Assembly (NCBI RefSeq): GCF_902652985.1
Contig: NC_047015.1
Span: forward strand, 46,314,001-46,378,000
Reading direction: 5' to 3'
Length of the DNA: 64,000 nucleotides
DNA from: Pecten maximus
Taxonomy: Eukaryota
The notes beneath the pieces are model-generated. The model had not been told where the DNA came from and ran no database searches. It was given only the letters and a program-made list of their open reading frames with translations. Shown here piece by piece: positions 52,039 through 64,000 of this stretch. How positions within the stretch are numbered: the first letter of the stretch is position 1; each line of letters opens with the position of its first letter. The translations under genes and the position numbers were made by a program.

Positions 52039-52942
52039 TTATAAGATTATAAGATTATAAGACTATATTATACTGACCTTTGTCTAAGTAAATAACTATA
52101 TCATACTGACCCTTACCTCAGTAGATTATAAGACTATATTATACTGACCTTTGTCTAAGTAAATAACTATATCATACCGACCCTTACCTCAGTAGATTAT
52201 AAGACTATATTATACTGACCTTTGTCTAAGTAAATAACTATATTATACCGACTCTTATCTCAGTAGATTATAAGACTATATTATACTGACTCTTATCTCA
52301 GTAGATTATAAGACTATAGTATACTGACCCTAGTCCTAGTAAATAACTATATTGTACCGACGCTTACCTCAGTAGATAACTATATTATACTGACCCTTGT
52401 CTAAATAAATGACTTTATTATATTGATCTTAGACAAAGTGGATTGTGGGAGCATCTCGTCCCCAAGTTCAGTCCGAAACAGGAATATATAGCTAGTCTGT
52501 CCAAATTGCGTGTTCATTACGTGGTGAGAGGTATGTTGTTATAGTCTGGTGCCGAGTTGATGGCGCTGTTTGTATTAACAAACACCGTCTAGACTGGAAT
52601 ACACCTTAAACAATACCCCAAACATTGAAAGCCATGCCAGTTCCATGGGACTTTGTTTTGGAACAGATCAGTAAAAAGCTTGATATGTATACATAATTAA
52701 AGGAGCGAGCTGATGGAAACATTTCGACACCCAGTCCAATTTTATTTGCCCTTAATCCCAATTACTGTCGGTCTGGAGTGCGTTTTTTGGTTCCAAGGAA
52801 CACACAACAGTTGTTTATATTAATAATACAATTAAAGGTCTTTTTATGAAAGTCTATTTTTTTTATCAAACTTTAAAACAAAGCAAATAAATGACGAAAT
52901 TTCTATCGATTTATTTAAGTCCTTATCATTGTGTGTACTTAC

Positions 52943-53060
52943 CTTTTAAAAAATCTTCGTACTTTGTTAAAAGTATATCGGGGTTCTCCCGAACCCGTGG
53001 TGTTTCCCAAGTAAGGTACGCCATTTTCTGAAATCCTCCGCATGAATACTCATAAAAATC
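52943..53060 (-). CDS. M13-like exon, most 5' exon confidently assigned
   Basis: ttttag|GAT..AAA G|gtaagt; DFYEYSCGGFQKMAYLTWETPRVRENPDILLTKYEDFLK. Confidence 0.9.
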
Positions 53061-56000
53061 CTAAAAGAAATAGCATGAAGAACATGTCAATATTTTTCTA
53101 TGGTGAAAAGTATCGTAAGCAAGTATAAGTCTTTCTTTCATTTTTTCATATAAAATTAAGATGCAAACAAGTATATAAAAGTTGATTATATTCAAAGAAG
53201 TATTTGGATGACCTTCACGATAAAAATGTCTGTGAAACTTACAAAGGTTACATTACTATATTTCAGATACGGGGTAGGTTTTACAGGTAAGCCTCTTGTT
53301 GAGGAGTGGATAACCAAATAAGTATTGTTATCTCAAACCTGCAGACTGCACAGGGGGCGGAAATAATGCCTTTTAAATTATATCTTTTCCGCCTTTTGCA
53401 CTTCACTGATTAATGTAAAAGAGAATAAAAATACATCTTGGCACGAAATGATGCGATATATTCGGCTTTAAGCACATTATTGTTCGGTATTAATATCGAT
53501 TGGGTCAGAGAAAGATGTGGACAGTCTTTTCATGATTTAGGATTTCTTTTATGTTTCTATTCAACACTGTCACACCAATATTAGGTTAAGAAGGAATGGA
53601 TGATGACCCTTTACCGGCAATCTTTGTGTTAGTGCTGAGGGGATGAAAAGGAATTGTAGATAGTCAAACATAGCCACTACCGCGGTTCAACCTAACATAC
53701 GATAACATATATAAGGGGCTACGCCTATACTATTATTTGTTAATTGAAATGTCAAGATCTTTTGTATTTAATCAATAATAAATACATGTATAAATAAATT
53801 AGAAGATTCCCTTTGTATGCACGTGTGCATTTGCTTTGAAGTACCGACACGTCTTGTGAGAAAACCAATTTATTTGGAAGTCCCGCAATGACCAAAGTGC
53901 TGCATTGTTGAGACCTTGGCGTTAGGTCGACCGGTCATATCATTTACTTTAGGGGTTCTGACCGGGTGAAGGGGATAAAACTGTTACCTCGCACGGGTCT
54001 ACGTCGGTATCCATGTGTGAGAGGATGGAGCCCGCCAGTCGTACACAGTCGTGACTGCTACAGATCTGTAATGATATAATCAGACAGAGATCACAGACTA
54101 TTAACCTCACTCTTAACCCGATCTAACCCTATCACGACTCTCGGACGTTATCGGGTCTAACCCTGACAAGACGGATCTCACCTTGTCAGTGACAACTTCA
54201 TCGGTCAGGAATCACTCGTAATATCGAATACGTTAAAGCTTACAAACAGAACCTCTATACAACGGGAGAAATACATCGAGTTGTTTGAACCAAGAATTGG
54301 ACACCAGCAGCTTACAAACGGCTCTTCTAAGTAACGCGAGAAATACATTCAGATGTTTCTACCAAGAACTGGACACCAGCAGCTTCCGAACAGCTCATGT
54401 CAGTAACGAATTGAACATGAATAAGAGAGAGATGAGGTCTTGCAATAACTTGTAATACTCGGTCAAATCTTAGCTGGATCAAAAAAAAAAAAGATAATAA
54501 ATAAAAGAGGGTTATTATTTTGAGTATTGAATCAAATCATTGAAAGCCGTGATGTAACTTCATACAAACATACGTTTGATCTTGCTTAAAATGTCTGAAA
54601 CACAAGCAATCGTATCAAGTTTATGTATGATATTGTTCATACTTCTTCCTCGGATAATACTGCTTCTAATACTGACAAACCGCCTGTCACATTGACGATG
54701 ACAATTTCCACCGTCGGGAAGCATGCAACTTAATAAATTTTATCTCGGTTTCCAATGTTCCAATCACCATTATAACACACAAAAATGAAAGTCAACTTGA
54801 TCATCTATATCGACCGTGACTTACAGCTCAAAACCTAAAACATTATTATGATGAAAACATGGTAACCAGATGGCCTTGCAAAATGAACACACGGTTTTGT
54901 ATTATATAAATAAATAACACTTGGCCTGTGGCACAGCTTATACTACATAAATATTTGTGTGTAAAGATAATAAATTATTTAGAAGACAACCCTCATTTGA
55001 TGAAACCGAGATCGTGGTATTCCCAGCGCGTGTTCGTGTTAACCGTAAACTGTATGTTGGCTATCGATCACAACTGATATGTGCCTCTTACCTCTTCCGT
55101 ATGTCAAAGGTCGTGTGTACCTTTGAGATGGCGACACTCGCGAGGCAGTCTAAGATTAAGTCGTGATGCTATTTATGTGTTTGAATATTATAAATTGGTT
55201 GCCTGTTTAAATTAACAGACTGTGAATCAGATCGATACAAGCTTTGTGTTACACATGTTTCTTTTTAAGATACTGGGGAGTTATAAAACTGACCGGCGTT
55301 GGCACATCGGGCCGTTCACTGCCGATCACGTACCAATTAACTCGGGTCTTTATCTTACGACGAAACCTCTAAGTTCTCTTCATAAAACATGGATGCTTCC
55401 TTATCCCCTCGCGACCCGACTTCAATAACCATAGCTGTACTTCGTATCTCCCGGCGATTTCCCCCTATTGATTGCCGAGAACATAAATAATGGTATCGGC
55501 ACCTGCAGGTTCCATACAAATCGTCAATAGATTCCTTTCGACGCGGGTTTGATACTGATAGACAGGGGACCTAAATGTCAAACCTACTGTATTCCAATGC
55601 GATGTGGCCACACTTTCGCAATTTATCTTCAGATTGAACCTTGGGTTAAGTTTTGTTGGGACGAATACTTTCATATTATGCAATTTAATGTTTTATGGGG
55701 TTCTGATTTTAGCTCATATAAAACTAGGAAGAAATTAATCTAACGTCAATATAACAGAATATCATTGTGAAACGTCAAGACGCAATCGAGATATTAACAA
55801 ACTTTTATTTGCAAATCTGATTCTTTATTTTAACAGGGGTTTTTCTCATGTCAAATGTAGTGCCAAAAGACAAGTGCAACAAAAAGGAGGTCTTAGGGCT
55901 AATGCGATTGAAATAAAAAAGGTAGACAAAATGTGTTTAAATGAATGTTAAAATATAGAGCAAAGGCTACTATGGTGCATTATGATTCAGTCAATTTCAT

Positions 56001-56073
56001 ATAGTTTGCATACTGGAAATCTTATATTTTTCATATGCTGGCCGATGCCACTATTCTTAAGAATAAGCAGGTT

Positions 56074-56307
56074 AGGTAACTGTAGACATGGAGACTTAAG
56101 ATTCACAAGCAGAGTAACTGCAGACCTCGGGGACTTGAGACCCACCAACAGGGTAACTGCAGACCTCGGGGACTTAAGATCCACCAACAGGGTAACTGCA
56201 GACCTCGGCGACTTAAGATTCACCAGCAGGGTAACTGTAGACCTCGGGGACTTAAGATTCACCAGCAGGGTAACTGCAGACCTCGGGGACTTAAGATCCA
56301 TCAGCAA
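56074..56307. repeat. 39-bp minisatellite, about 6 units
   Basis: gggtaactgcagacctcggggacttaagat(t/c)cacca(a/g)ca. Confidence 0.93.
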
Positions 56308-57387
56308 AGCTTACCATACAGGAACCTCAAAATCCTTTTTTTGTTTTTGTTTTCAAATATTACACAGGAGTACTCAAAACCTGTGATGGCATTAAAAGAA
56401 ATATAGACAGTTTAACAAATTATATCATCATGCGACCTTCGTCACAGATTTGAATTTACTCTTCACACAAGGTTAATCAAACACCTACATGCCCTGCAGT
56501 GGCTTGAGTTTTGATATATCATCAAACATTTTGTATATCCAACCGAAAATTATTTTTGCTATAAGCGGACAAGAGGCAAGGGCTGCTCTTATTATTTCAA
56601 ATGGTTGATACCATTTTACTTATATGCAAGGATCGTTCATGTTTTCTGGTTGGGGCCACATATCTGAGATGATAAAAACTGTTATGGATTAACAGGCAGT
56701 ATGACGCCGTCTTGTAACACAGACAATGGTATAAGGAGGCGGAAAACGCATGTATAAGATATGACATGGAACATCTATACTTAAGCCATCATCCATATTT
56801 AATTCCGGAAAATGCGACAAAATGTTTTCTGATACACTGACACAACAGAAGTAAATATTAGGCCTGTCTCGTTACGTTTGATTTGCACACATGATGACAT
56901 AATGCTCGACAATAAATGTGCCACTCCGTGACACCTATTGATAAAAGAAGGGATATCTACCGATTCTAACGGGAGTTAAAACATCCCAGACCGGTGAATC
57001 AATCGTTTGACGCCGTGAATAATCAGACCTTGTACCGACTTATGATTCGGAACATTTCGAACCATTATGCATTTTCATGGTCGGCTGTCAGTCATTTCCC
57101 CCCTGAACATATACAAGCCGAAGTTTACGCGTATATACACGGCTCTTGTAGAAAACGTTAAGGGTCCCTGGCGTGTTTCGGGATTTTAAAGTAACACATA
57201 CCCTTTTATACCGAAATGGGAATGTCACGTTTGACCTTAATCTGAGTAATTTTTTTTCACAGAAAGGTCAATAAAGAATACTTTTATACTTTTGTATTTT
57301 AGCGTTTTCCAGAAAATCGGTGTATAACATTCAATACTCAGAACTGTGGTCGGACAGACTTATTCTTTGCCTCCCCCCCCCCCCCCC

Positions 57388-57670
57388 CTCCTTAGCGCTC
57401 AGCATATTTGGAGTGGGACGACTGGTTGGCCCGTTGTCAGTATAATGTGACCGGGTGGGGTTGTGCTGCTGGGTGTCTTCGGCAGTATGCTTCAGTGAGG
57501 TAGCACTATAAATCGGCAAAAGTTCCGGCCTATCACAAGGAGACTTAACACGAACATACTGCAGCCTCCCAAAACACACATACGCACTCACCACACGCAT
57601 GCATGTCGCATGCACGGGAGGCCGTCCTTAAATGACCTTAGCTGTTAAAGGACGTACTAAAGAAACGAAC
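57388..57670 (+). mobile_element. 5'-truncated Meta-type SINE
   Basis: gtcagtataatgtgaccgggtgggg..cttcagtgaggtagcactataaa core; tail cgtccttaaatgaccttagctgttaaaggacgt; flanked both sides by CCT-poly(C). Confidence 0.78.
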
Positions 57671-58624
57671 CCTCCCCCCCCCCCCCCCCCCCCCCCCCCC
57701 CACTGAACTATTTTATCAATCTCGTAAAAACAAAGACCAATACAAGAAACTGTAGTATAAACAGTATACATAGATTTACAGAACACTATACAGAGCTTAG
57801 TGAGTATAACCGTAACATTTATTTAACATTCGTCTGACCCCGGCCCTCCTCAATTACATGTCCGCCCGTTATGTGCGTGTCTGTCTGTCCGAGCACGAAC
57901 CGTCCGTCCCAAGGGGCCAAAATTTCGTATATCCTCCACTCATGGTCATAATATCGGCCCGACAGGCAACGCTATACCAGATAAACAAAGATATACATAG
58001 CTTTCCATGCTCAACCATAATATCCACTAACTTTACGTATGAAGGTACATAATGTAAATGAAAAGCAATTCACGAATAGTTAATTGTTGTCTAGAGCAAA
58101 GCACGAATACAATATACGTAAATTTCCTATGGCTAACTTCTAATGACTTTATAGTCTACAATACATATATAGCTTCACAGACTGAAGTCCACGATTTGCT
58201 TAATTGCCTAGGCATGTTAATCTACATGTACGCAGGATCGGTCCGTTGCTATCTATTTCTTCAGGGAATCGCTGTTGAGCGGGCGTCATCAGGTACTTGG
58301 CCATACATCGTGGCCAGCAGTTCATAAAGTCGCGCGAGTGCGAATGTGTTTATCTTGTGACAACAATTGCAAAACATTCGGGAAAATGTCTTCATTAATT
58401 GGTAGTTACTCCGGCTGATTCAAGGACGATGTCCCTCGTATACAAGTTAAACGATCAAATCACGTGCATACATGTGCTCCTCGAAAATGTATTGATAATA
58501 AAAGGCGAGAATAATTCCTGATGAACTTACTTTTTGTGTTTATCAAGTTAGAATAGTATGAGAGTACCATACCTGAGATCAGAATTTGAAGTTTAACATT
58601 TCATTAGCTATCTGTCTACATACA

Positions 58625-58830
58625 GCTGTAGAAGAAGAAGGTGGGCTTTGCATACCATTCACAGCAATTGGGGTAAAGTGTCCTGCCTAGGACATTACCA
58701 AGACAGCAAAGACGGGCTTCTTTCTCATCTTCCCGATAATTACAATCCGACACAGGTATAGAGAAGGTCGAACCACGAACCTCGGATCTTCACTTAACGT
58801 GGAGCTCTAAGAGACAGAGCCATTGCGACC
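58625..58830 (-). mobile_element. tRNA-derived CORE-type SINE
   Basis: Minus strand: ggtcgcaatggctc head, B box GGTTCGACC, CORE-like gtcctaggcaggacactttaccccaattgct, (TTC)n tail. Confidence 0.7.
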
Positions 58831-58844
58831 AGCATGCTTTTTAC

Positions 58845-59200
58845 AAATCTGATTATATAGAAGAGCTTATCAAAACAGGTAGCATAGACAAGTCCTTCAA
58901 TTTCATCGATAGGAATATTGTGTTATCTTTAAATAACAGATATTGTATTGATTATGTCGATCATCGGACGTATGCTGTAGTACTTGAAAACAGAAACAGC
59001 ACAGGCACTTCAACACCAGCCGCTTACCTCAGTGTTTATTTACAACCTAACAAGCAGAGACAGCTTCCAATAAAGCTCTGTGTTATCCATGATGATTTAC
59101 ATTTCCAAATTGTTAATTTTCCATTTCTTGATGGCAGTATTCATGCATCCCCTACCTGTTGTATTTACATGTTTCAACTGATCCAATGGATTTAAATACT
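58845..59200 (+). mobile_element. Degenerate Penelope-like retroelement reverse transcriptase fragment
   Basis: KSFNFIDRNIVLSLNN..AAYLSVYL..KLCVIHDDLHFQIVNFPFLDGSIHASPTCCIYMFQLI resembles the recalled consensus FRYIDDVLSLNN..SYLDL..KLYDKRDDFNF.IVNFPFL.SNIP.SPAYGVYISQLIRY; catalytic DD lost. Confidence 0.78.
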
Positions 59201-61418
59201 AGTTGAAGTCATGTATTGTAGTTTTGACATGTAACTATGTGTTCAATTGTAGATATGAGTCAGTTAGCTGATGTATTATATATGGCTTTGTGTCAGTTGG
59301 CTTCATGTTATGTCCGTAATTGTATCCGTATTTATATGTACAGTGGTAGAGATATGACAATTAACCTCCGGTGATATGCTGTAATATGTTTGTCTCTATT
59401 GATACTGTAAAATATGTTTGTTCTTTATCATAGTTTTCCCTGGGAAAGTTTTGTGTCTTCACACAAACTAGCATAGTATTGTGGTCTACATATCCTAGGG
59501 CAACTTAATATCTTAAGCTAACATTATACAAAACACACGAAGGAACACGAGTACATCGAAACGCATGGCAAATTAAATACTAAAAACATATTGTTAAAAT
59601 TGTTATTGTCCTTGGTTTTGTTCTAGTGTATATCTTCCAAACAGACGAAGAAAGGTTTAAGGAATTTGCATGATATATAATGTAGTTTGACTTTTCGGTT
59701 ACATGACGAGAACAATACGAAAATGGTAAAGTAAAACAAATCAATATATTCAAAAAGGTATCAATTGATTTTGTTAAACATTTAAATTCGTAGACATTTC
59801 GTGCCTGATATCAGAACCTTCGAAGACATATGAGTGGTAAATAATGTTAAGATTATACGTTCACATTTAACTCTACGACAGGAAATAAAATCCCAGACTG
59901 AGCGATGTGTATTTTATGGAATTGTTCCCAGAATAATGATATGAAACCAGTGTAGCATGTAGATCAAAAATGATGTACGTGCGGTGGTCGTAAGAATGGG
60001 ATTTAATTAATATGTAAATTCTTTCCTTATTTAATTGCGTAGGCCGCGTGGTATGCTACATGGCATCTTGTCGGGTGCAGACCATGTCCTGAAATGCTAT
60101 AAGGAAGTAGAGGCGGCGTTGTCATTCAAATAATTGTATACAATGTGGCTTACTTTCGTTTATGGCTTTGAATGACTTCTTCAGGGAAAATTATTTGTAC
60201 TGAAGACTAGAAAATATTTAATGCAGTTATGTTCTATGATCAAGAGAATATCTTATTCAAGTCAGAATATTAATTTACCGGTCTGTTTTATCTTAAGAAT
60301 CGCCTTGTTTGTTACGTGGTACGTTTCACACTCGTAGCCACAATGTACTTAGTTGATAGATAAGATTTTTCTTAATGGAATGGAAAAATAAATTTTCGTA
60401 TATTTTCTGAAGAAAACCTTCGTTAAGCTTTAACTAAATAATGCCTCTTTCAAAACATCATTTGTGTAGCCATTATACCTAAGACAAAGATAACGGTTGT
60501 CCCTCCGATTATACAGGGATTTCCTTTGTTGAGTATTCTACAAGTTTAATTAAGAAAAGTTGTATAATTTACATGATATATGACAACAACAGATTATTAT
60601 ATTCTTAAACTACTGGTTACACCTTCCAATACAAGTTTCCGACCAGGTGAACACACAACCTTATTTCGATAAGATATGATATAAGCTTGATATGCAGTTT
60701 TGTTTTGTCTGTTTTGTTTTGTTTTATTTTTTTGTTATATAAGTGTTAAAATCCGTCAGTAAGCCTCCAATATCTGTCCAATCCCTTTGACTGCATTTCA
60801 ATAACACATCCGTGAAGAATACACAGCGAGCGAAAATATCATATTGATCTACTGGATCGTAGATGAGAGGAGCTTCATTGTTGTAAAAAGTCTTTAAACC
60901 AATTTAGAATGTTTCATCATCGTATCAGAAATAATTAAACTGTTAAAAGTTAATGAGAACAAGTATCGGGTTGCTGAAGCATTGATAGACATAGTCATTA
61001 GCACATAATCATATATTTGAAATACATATGTAGTTGTGTGTCATTTTAAGTTATAAAACCGAATTATTTGATGAAATTCCTACTTTGAAAATCACATATC
61101 TAGCAATCCTTTCTAACTTGATATGTACATGTTTCCCAATGTTGGCAAAGATAATTAAATATCTATGTGTAGCAGATAGCAGCTACCGAGTGTTACACGA
61201 CAATAAAAGTATATATAAATTTTAATGAGGAATATTGATATCTACATATTGTACATTGTAACTGTAGCTAAATATAGAGCAGAAACACTTTTCAAAGTAA
61301 AAGATACTCTGTAATAATAGCATACAGCTAAGCTCGAACTCGACAAATTCACAAAGAAAAAACGAGGCGAATAACCGCAGATAGCCTGTGTGCTGTCCCA
61401 AATGTGTCCAAAACTTAC

Positions 61419-61473
61419 TCTAGAACCTGCCAGTGCCATTACGTCAGCAGTTTGGTGATTTCACAGGCTGTAA
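61419..61473 (-). CDS. Candidate first coding exon (MALAGSR), possibly of the M13-like gene
   Basis: ttccag acceptor, ATG at 61439 in context gtaATGG, AGA|gtaagt donor; no homology support. Confidence 0.25.
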
Positions 61474-64000
61474 CTGGAAAAGGTGTTATTTGTGCAATAC
61501 TGAGACGCTGTTGTTGACCAAATTCGATTTCATGACATTGTGTAATGCAATTATATCATTCTTCTTCCTACGGAATGGTTAACACGTCGTCGGACAGCAA
61601 TTGGTGCGGTACGTTAATTTCGTTTTAATTATCCATACATCTTTCCGCTATGCCACCATAGCAATACAGTTGTATAAAACTGAGTTTTTCTGCGGTAATG
61701 TGTGACAAGTAATAGTTTCATTCTCAAATTCTGACGTGTGTCTAGTTATTTAAACACAAATATATTTAAATATAACGTAAAAATGAGTATGTTTTGAATT
61801 TCCCTTTTTTCCAAAGCCTTTTTTAATTTTGAAAATAAGCAGTTACATTGATTATAAGAAAATTAATTCTACCTTTACTCCCATTTTGAGAACGTGCCAT
61901 TACATAAGTCAATGAATCAGAAAACTATTTTCCCATGGACCATTTGGCATGTACGTTGTCGAGGATATACATGTATATCTATACTGTTCATAATTTGCAT
62001 TGTACATCGATTTTCAGTTTAATTAAGGCCGTGTTTGAATACTACATGGCGTAATTGCCTTAACGTTTTACATACAGAATTCAGATGGGGAATGGGATAA
62101 GCTAGGCGTATAAAAAATGTCAAGTAAATTAGTCTGTTAGAAGCTAGTTAAGAATTTAAATGATTGGAACAAAAAAAAAAAGGTATTCTGAGACTGTAAG
62201 ATCCTAATGAATACCATCAGCAGTATTGTGTTTACACCACACACTTTTGATTGTAAAATAGATAATGTGTTGTGTTATTTGTAACAGAATCAAGTGACAC
62301 ACAGACCCAAACCGCGATTATCTAACCGTATTATTCAAATAGACTGCGCTTACACACGCAATTGGCATGCAAAGTAGTTGTATATTGTACTGATCTACAT
62401 GAGTAACATCCAAGGACGAAGTCAGATCTACCATGTAAAGATGTATTCAAATAACACAGCCAAGAGGACCCGGAATTTACATAAATGATCCATAATGACT
62501 ATACACTGACAGCCATCTCGTTGAAGTACATTAGTAGAACGATTACGGTGTACGCACCCTTACCTTATGTCAGGTCTACTGTATAACGTACATAGTGTAG
62601 TATCCACTGTTCAGCAGAGTATGGTGTATGTATGTATTATATACAGTAACTGTATTGGGATCTTTCGCCATGCATGAACATTAGTGTGCGGATAACAAAT
62701 GTTTGTATTTTTTGTGTTACTTATAAACTATTTGATAAAGGTATGTATACTAGTATTAAACATTGACAAATTGTTGCGTGTGTGCTACCAGTCTCGGGTA
62801 TTTAAACTTTTATCTGCAGTTTGCCATTCAACCATTTGCAAACGCCACAGCACAGACAATAGCATATTTGAGCATTAATTAAGTGACGTTTAGTGAATAT
62901 GCAGCATCAGGAATATACACTACACCACGCCGCTGTTTTTTCCTACAATAACTTATTTGTCGCGAATAAAAACTATTAAAAATAGACGTTTTCAAGATAT
63001 TCTATAACTTTTATTTGAATGAAAATGTAGCTTAAATATTCGTCTGAGGAGCCACACAACCGAGTACTGTGACAGTTATGTTACCAAATTCGTACCTTCA
63101 TATTTATGAATCTACTAGTGGAACTTTATAACAATTGATTATGTTACATTCATTATCAGAACACCAAAGCAATATATATAGTACACGTGTAATTTTGACG
63201 AGTATCCGATTATTCGCAGTAAATGAGAACCAGGATGCCAGTACATATTCATAATTGTAGTAATGATGATTATAGAGTTTTTACTTAAATCAAATGGACA
63301 CTTTTGATAAAATCAAAGGAGAAATAAAAGAATCTGAATTAATTAAATTGTTAAAACCAAATTTGAATAGCACTCAATACATTATACTTTTGTATGCATC
63401 CATTTTGTGTAGTTGTAAGTTGTCGGTCTTTGTTTTATGACGTCATTGTTGTTATGACGTCATACTTATGATATCAATTTTTTTTATCTAAAACAGTCTG
63501 AAGAGCTCCCATGATGTAGCGAATGTGTTAATTTGTATCTGTGTCGGTGTTTACCATTTTCAAATATATTTTCTTCCATGAGGACACTATTATTTGTTTT
63601 GTTATATACATTGTATATCTATACACATATTTATAAATCTTGATTTTTCTACTGCAAAGCAGGGACACGAACTAAAATCATACCAAAACAATAGGAAATG
63701 CAAGAGGCTTTTATCCCTATGACACATAAAAGAACAGCATTGCAAAACCAACCAAATTACAGAATATTTCGTATAGATATATATATAGCAGTCTATAGCT
63801 CGTTCATTATAGAGTTTGTTTTTTGGGTTTTTTTTTTCACTCAACGTACGCTTGATTTTGAAATATAGTAAATAGTTTAATATTCAAAATTGCTAAATAA
63901 GAATGATATTTCAATTTTTCAAAAAATAAATGCACAATCGTTAAAAGCAATATATATATAAACCTTTTCTCAGTTTTGGAGGAGAGGATGAACTCAACTC

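Larger units (their letters stand above)
49328..52445. repeat. 38-bp minisatellite / 71-bp higher-order repeat, split into four blocks by insertions
   Basis: Unit gattgtaagactatattataccgtccctaatcccagt; blocks about 49328-49945, 50620-50660, 51172-51392, 52038-52445. Confidence 0.88.
32598..53060 (-). pseudogene. Neprilysin / endothelin-converting-enzyme-like M13 family gene, catalytically dead; three +1 frameshifts as assembled (recent pseudogene or assembly errors); 5' end unresolved
   Basis: 12 GT-AG exons with M13 motifs in order: DFYEYSCGG, KTIYRAC, VFELEMAL, AIQGPLFY, YGSTGVLIAQTLVQAFD, QCLID, LTKGQNFRD, LPGLNLTDHQLFFVTYTQTMC, RVHGSLSNFPKFSAAYKC..MN..KC. Confidence 0.85.

Overview
AT-rich, intron-rich animal genomic DNA. 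The repeat content (V-, Meta- and CORE-type SINEs, pearl/HINE-like elements, a Penelope-like RT relic) suggests a bivalve mollusc; this is inference. Two spliced genes lie tail-to-tail. (1) On the + strand, 4608-30146, are 18 phase-consistent coding exons (about 972 aa, 5' exons upstream of the window) of an intact single-pass receptor guanylyl cyclase (natriuretic-peptide-receptor / Gyc32E-like). (2) On the - strand, 53060-32598, are 12 exons (about 660 codons, N-terminus unresolved) of a neprilysin/M13-family protein. It has lost every zinc ligand (HExxH to QTLVQ, GENIAD to GQNFRD) and carries three single-base insertions in this assembly. The most unusual structure is in the cyclase gene: three unrelated minisatellites are each built from one of the gene's own exon-intron junctions. 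They give 8 extra acceptors, about 20 extra donors and about 45 extra donors, and the extra donors would all give a receptor truncated before the cyclase. Most ORFs in the supplied track are exon read-throughs or repeat artefacts. All coordinates were read by eye.
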